DNA of 62,279 bases, the filler included, from Chiloscyllium plagiosum (Eukaryota), in NCBI RefSeq assembly GCF_004010195.1. It is 5 parts of one record of this genome, joined end to end, with 100 filler letters (N's around TTAATTAATTAA, not from the genome) between each part and the next. Parts side by side here need not be neighbours in the genome. Positions count along the whole stretch, not along the records: positions 59,114 to 62,279 come from NC_057716.1; 4 more parts are not named here. One strand, given 5' to 3'. Below the pieces are notes generated by a model. It was not told the origin of the DNA and ran no database searches. It saw nothing but the letters and a program-made list of their open reading frames with translations. This document shows, piece after piece, positions 60,495 to 62,279 of this stretch (its first letter is position 1; each line of letters starts with the position of its first letter). The translations under genes were made by a program, and so were the position numbers.

Positions 60495-61909
60495 ATGATG
60501 ATTAGAATACTGGGAATGTTTAGAGTTATGATGCTAGCCATCTTGGTATTGGGATTTTGTCAAATATCATTTTCATGTGTATTTTTAAGGGTTCCTGAGT
60601 CTGATAATCCACAAGTAATAGACACTGATGCATGCAGCTGAGTAAATTGTGGGAATGTGGCTAATCAGAGACAAAACCGCAGTTCAGAGATACATCTTAA
60701 GTCTTATGGGGATGGCCTCGGGGATGGTACCTGGTATAATGGTCTCGTCACAGTACACCGGGCCCCCTTCCGACCAGCTCGCGATTGTCTCAATAAGAAG
60801 TGTAACCCAATATACTTAACGATAAGGAAAACCACATGGTGCGAAGCAATTCTGCGGGGGCACTTATGAGATACAATTAAATGAAACATTTGGGATTGAA
60901 ATGAAAACAAATGGGAAGGAGTTCGTGGGCTGTTGTTTTCGAATTAGCATAGGACAGGGAAAACGGGTAGAATTACTGGGTAATAAGATACAACCCTTCA
61001 CCCCTCCCAATGATCCTAAAGTAGTAAAAATTATAGAGGTAAAGGATTTGAAACAGACCATCGAAATAGAAACTGGGTGCAGGGATGCAAATGCCTGGGT
61101 TGAATGGGTAAAGTATACTGTAAAAAGTCTGAACAAAAGCAATTGCTATGCATGTGCCTCTGGTCGGCCAGTGGCCCTGGTGGTTCCCTTTCCGTTCGGG
61201 TGGAAGCAAGACAGGAAGGGCATGAAATGTATGATAGCCCTGTACCAGGATGAGACTGCATGGAATGATAGGAATTGTACCTCCCTATCTCTAATGTTCC
61301 CTCCCTTGGAGGAGAAAGATGCAAAAGCTCCCCCCACATTTTCCGCCGCAGTTAGAAATCACACGTCGTGTGTGCGCAAGCAAGGTACAAGTCGATCGAG
61401 AGATTTGGGGGAGCTGGAATTATGTACAGAGATTAAGAATGTTACCGAAACGGAGGAGGGAGGGAACTACTCAGCACTAAAGGTTCCCCGAGCGGATCTG
61501 TGGTGGTACTGTGGAGGCAAAATATTGAGACCCACCCTACCTCCGGATTGGGGAGCGATATGTGCAATTGTACAATTGGCAATTCCATTAACCTTGGCAT
61601 TTGAGAAGGAAAAGATCGTAGGGAAAATGGAAGGGGGTGGTGGTTTCTACCCTTACTTCCCTGATAGTAGTAGTCGGGGTATTGGTGGCCATTGGCTGTT
61701 GTGTAATACCTTGTATACGAGGGCTCACCCAAAGACTGATTGAAACAGCCTTGATGAAACAGATGCACCTAAGAGGGAATCAGACAGAGGAACTTTATCG
61801 GCTAAATAATGAGGAGATGAGTGAAACCAAGATGGATGAAATCTCTGGAATGATCCTTGCGAATTTTGGGAACGATGTTAAAAAAAAGAGACAAAAATGC
61901 AGAAGATAA
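60495..61909 (+). pseudogene. env: ERV env, disrupted, with TM ectodomain deleted
   Basis: Hydrophobic N-terminus after a pyrimidine tract and cag; SU motifs NAWVEWV, SNCYACA, WWYCGG; TM anchor LTSLIVVVGVLVAIGCCVIPCIRGL. Confidence 0.85.
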
Positions 61910-61920
61910 CAAATGGTCAT

Positions 61921-61939
61921 GAAAAGAAAAAGGGGAAAT
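61921..61939 (+). promoter_or_regulatory. Polypurine tract
   Basis: gaaaagaaaaaggggaaat immediately before TG. Confidence 0.85.
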
Positions 61940-62279
61940 TGTGGGATATAGGTGAATTAATGTTATTTCTGCAAATTATAAGTTCTGATACAGAGTAAAT
62001 GAATTCACATTAGTCTATGATTGTTTCTCAGCCAAGAGCTGAGTTAACAAGAATGGGAATTACATAGAGGAAGGACTTAGCATGAGACGTGATTAAAGAA
62101 CAATGGTAGAAATACAGGCACTAGATAAAATGCTGTGAAAAGAGGCCTTTATAAACATCTGTTTCCCACTTGTACAGAGACACAGGAACAAACCCCAATT
62201 AAAAGGGCTTAGTGATATGATGCTGTGAGGGGCAGCCAGGTTGGAGGGAGTAGATAATGGTAAGCAAAGGATGGGATGA
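61940..62279 (+). repeat. ERV 3' LTR (partial, runs off the window)
   Basis: Starts TGTGGG directly after the PPT. Confidence 0.75.

Larger units (their letters stand above)
59114..62279 (+). mobile_element. Defective class I (gamma/epsilon-like) endogenous retrovirus, 3' part
   Basis: Order: gag Zn knuckle, TAG, protease, RT N-terminus, integrase C-terminus, env, PPT, TG-initiated LTR. Confidence 0.93.

Noticed and set aside
60901..61743. 280-aa env ORF as a co-opted syncytin-like gene
   Set aside because: The upstream env has stops and frameshifts separating this ORF from the signal peptide, the TM ectodomain is deleted and the anchor is out of frame.
46740..62279. Next upstream myosin-X-like exon (expected to resemble WKFYFKLYCF...FAFMFEQ)
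   Set aside because: No convincing match by eye on the minus strand (a near-match at about 56262-56285 has an in-frame stop). It probably lies beyond the window or in the gap, so the intronic status of this region is inferred.

Overview
Vertebrate nuclear DNA, most likely from a shark (inferred from HE1/V-SINE-type and CR1-type repeats). Two convergent host genes are present. On + are the last seven coding exons of ATG9A (300-9662, polyA signal at 9866). On - are the last three coding exons of a myosin-X-like gene (FERM tail; 46739 down to 30018), whose upstream exons were not found in the window. Most of the remaining sequence is retroelement-derived: many, often nested, CR1 LINEs, a Tx1/L1-type fragment, SINEs, Penelope-like elements (PLEs) and, at the right end, an internally deleted class I endogenous retrovirus (gag end, pro, partial pol, partial env, PPT, 3' LTR). 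The most notable signal is that at least four unrelated PLE terminal-repeat families each carry a minimal hammerhead ribozyme core (CUGANGA-stem II-GAAA-N-N-UH) with covarying stem II. Many of these occur as asymmetric palindromic insertions of about 0.14-3.3 kb flanked by 12-18 bp target-site duplications. The ERV also retains an MLV-like UAG readthrough pseudoknot. Several N-gaps contain an artificial TTAATTAATTAA linker. All family assignments are by recognition of motifs; no searches were run.
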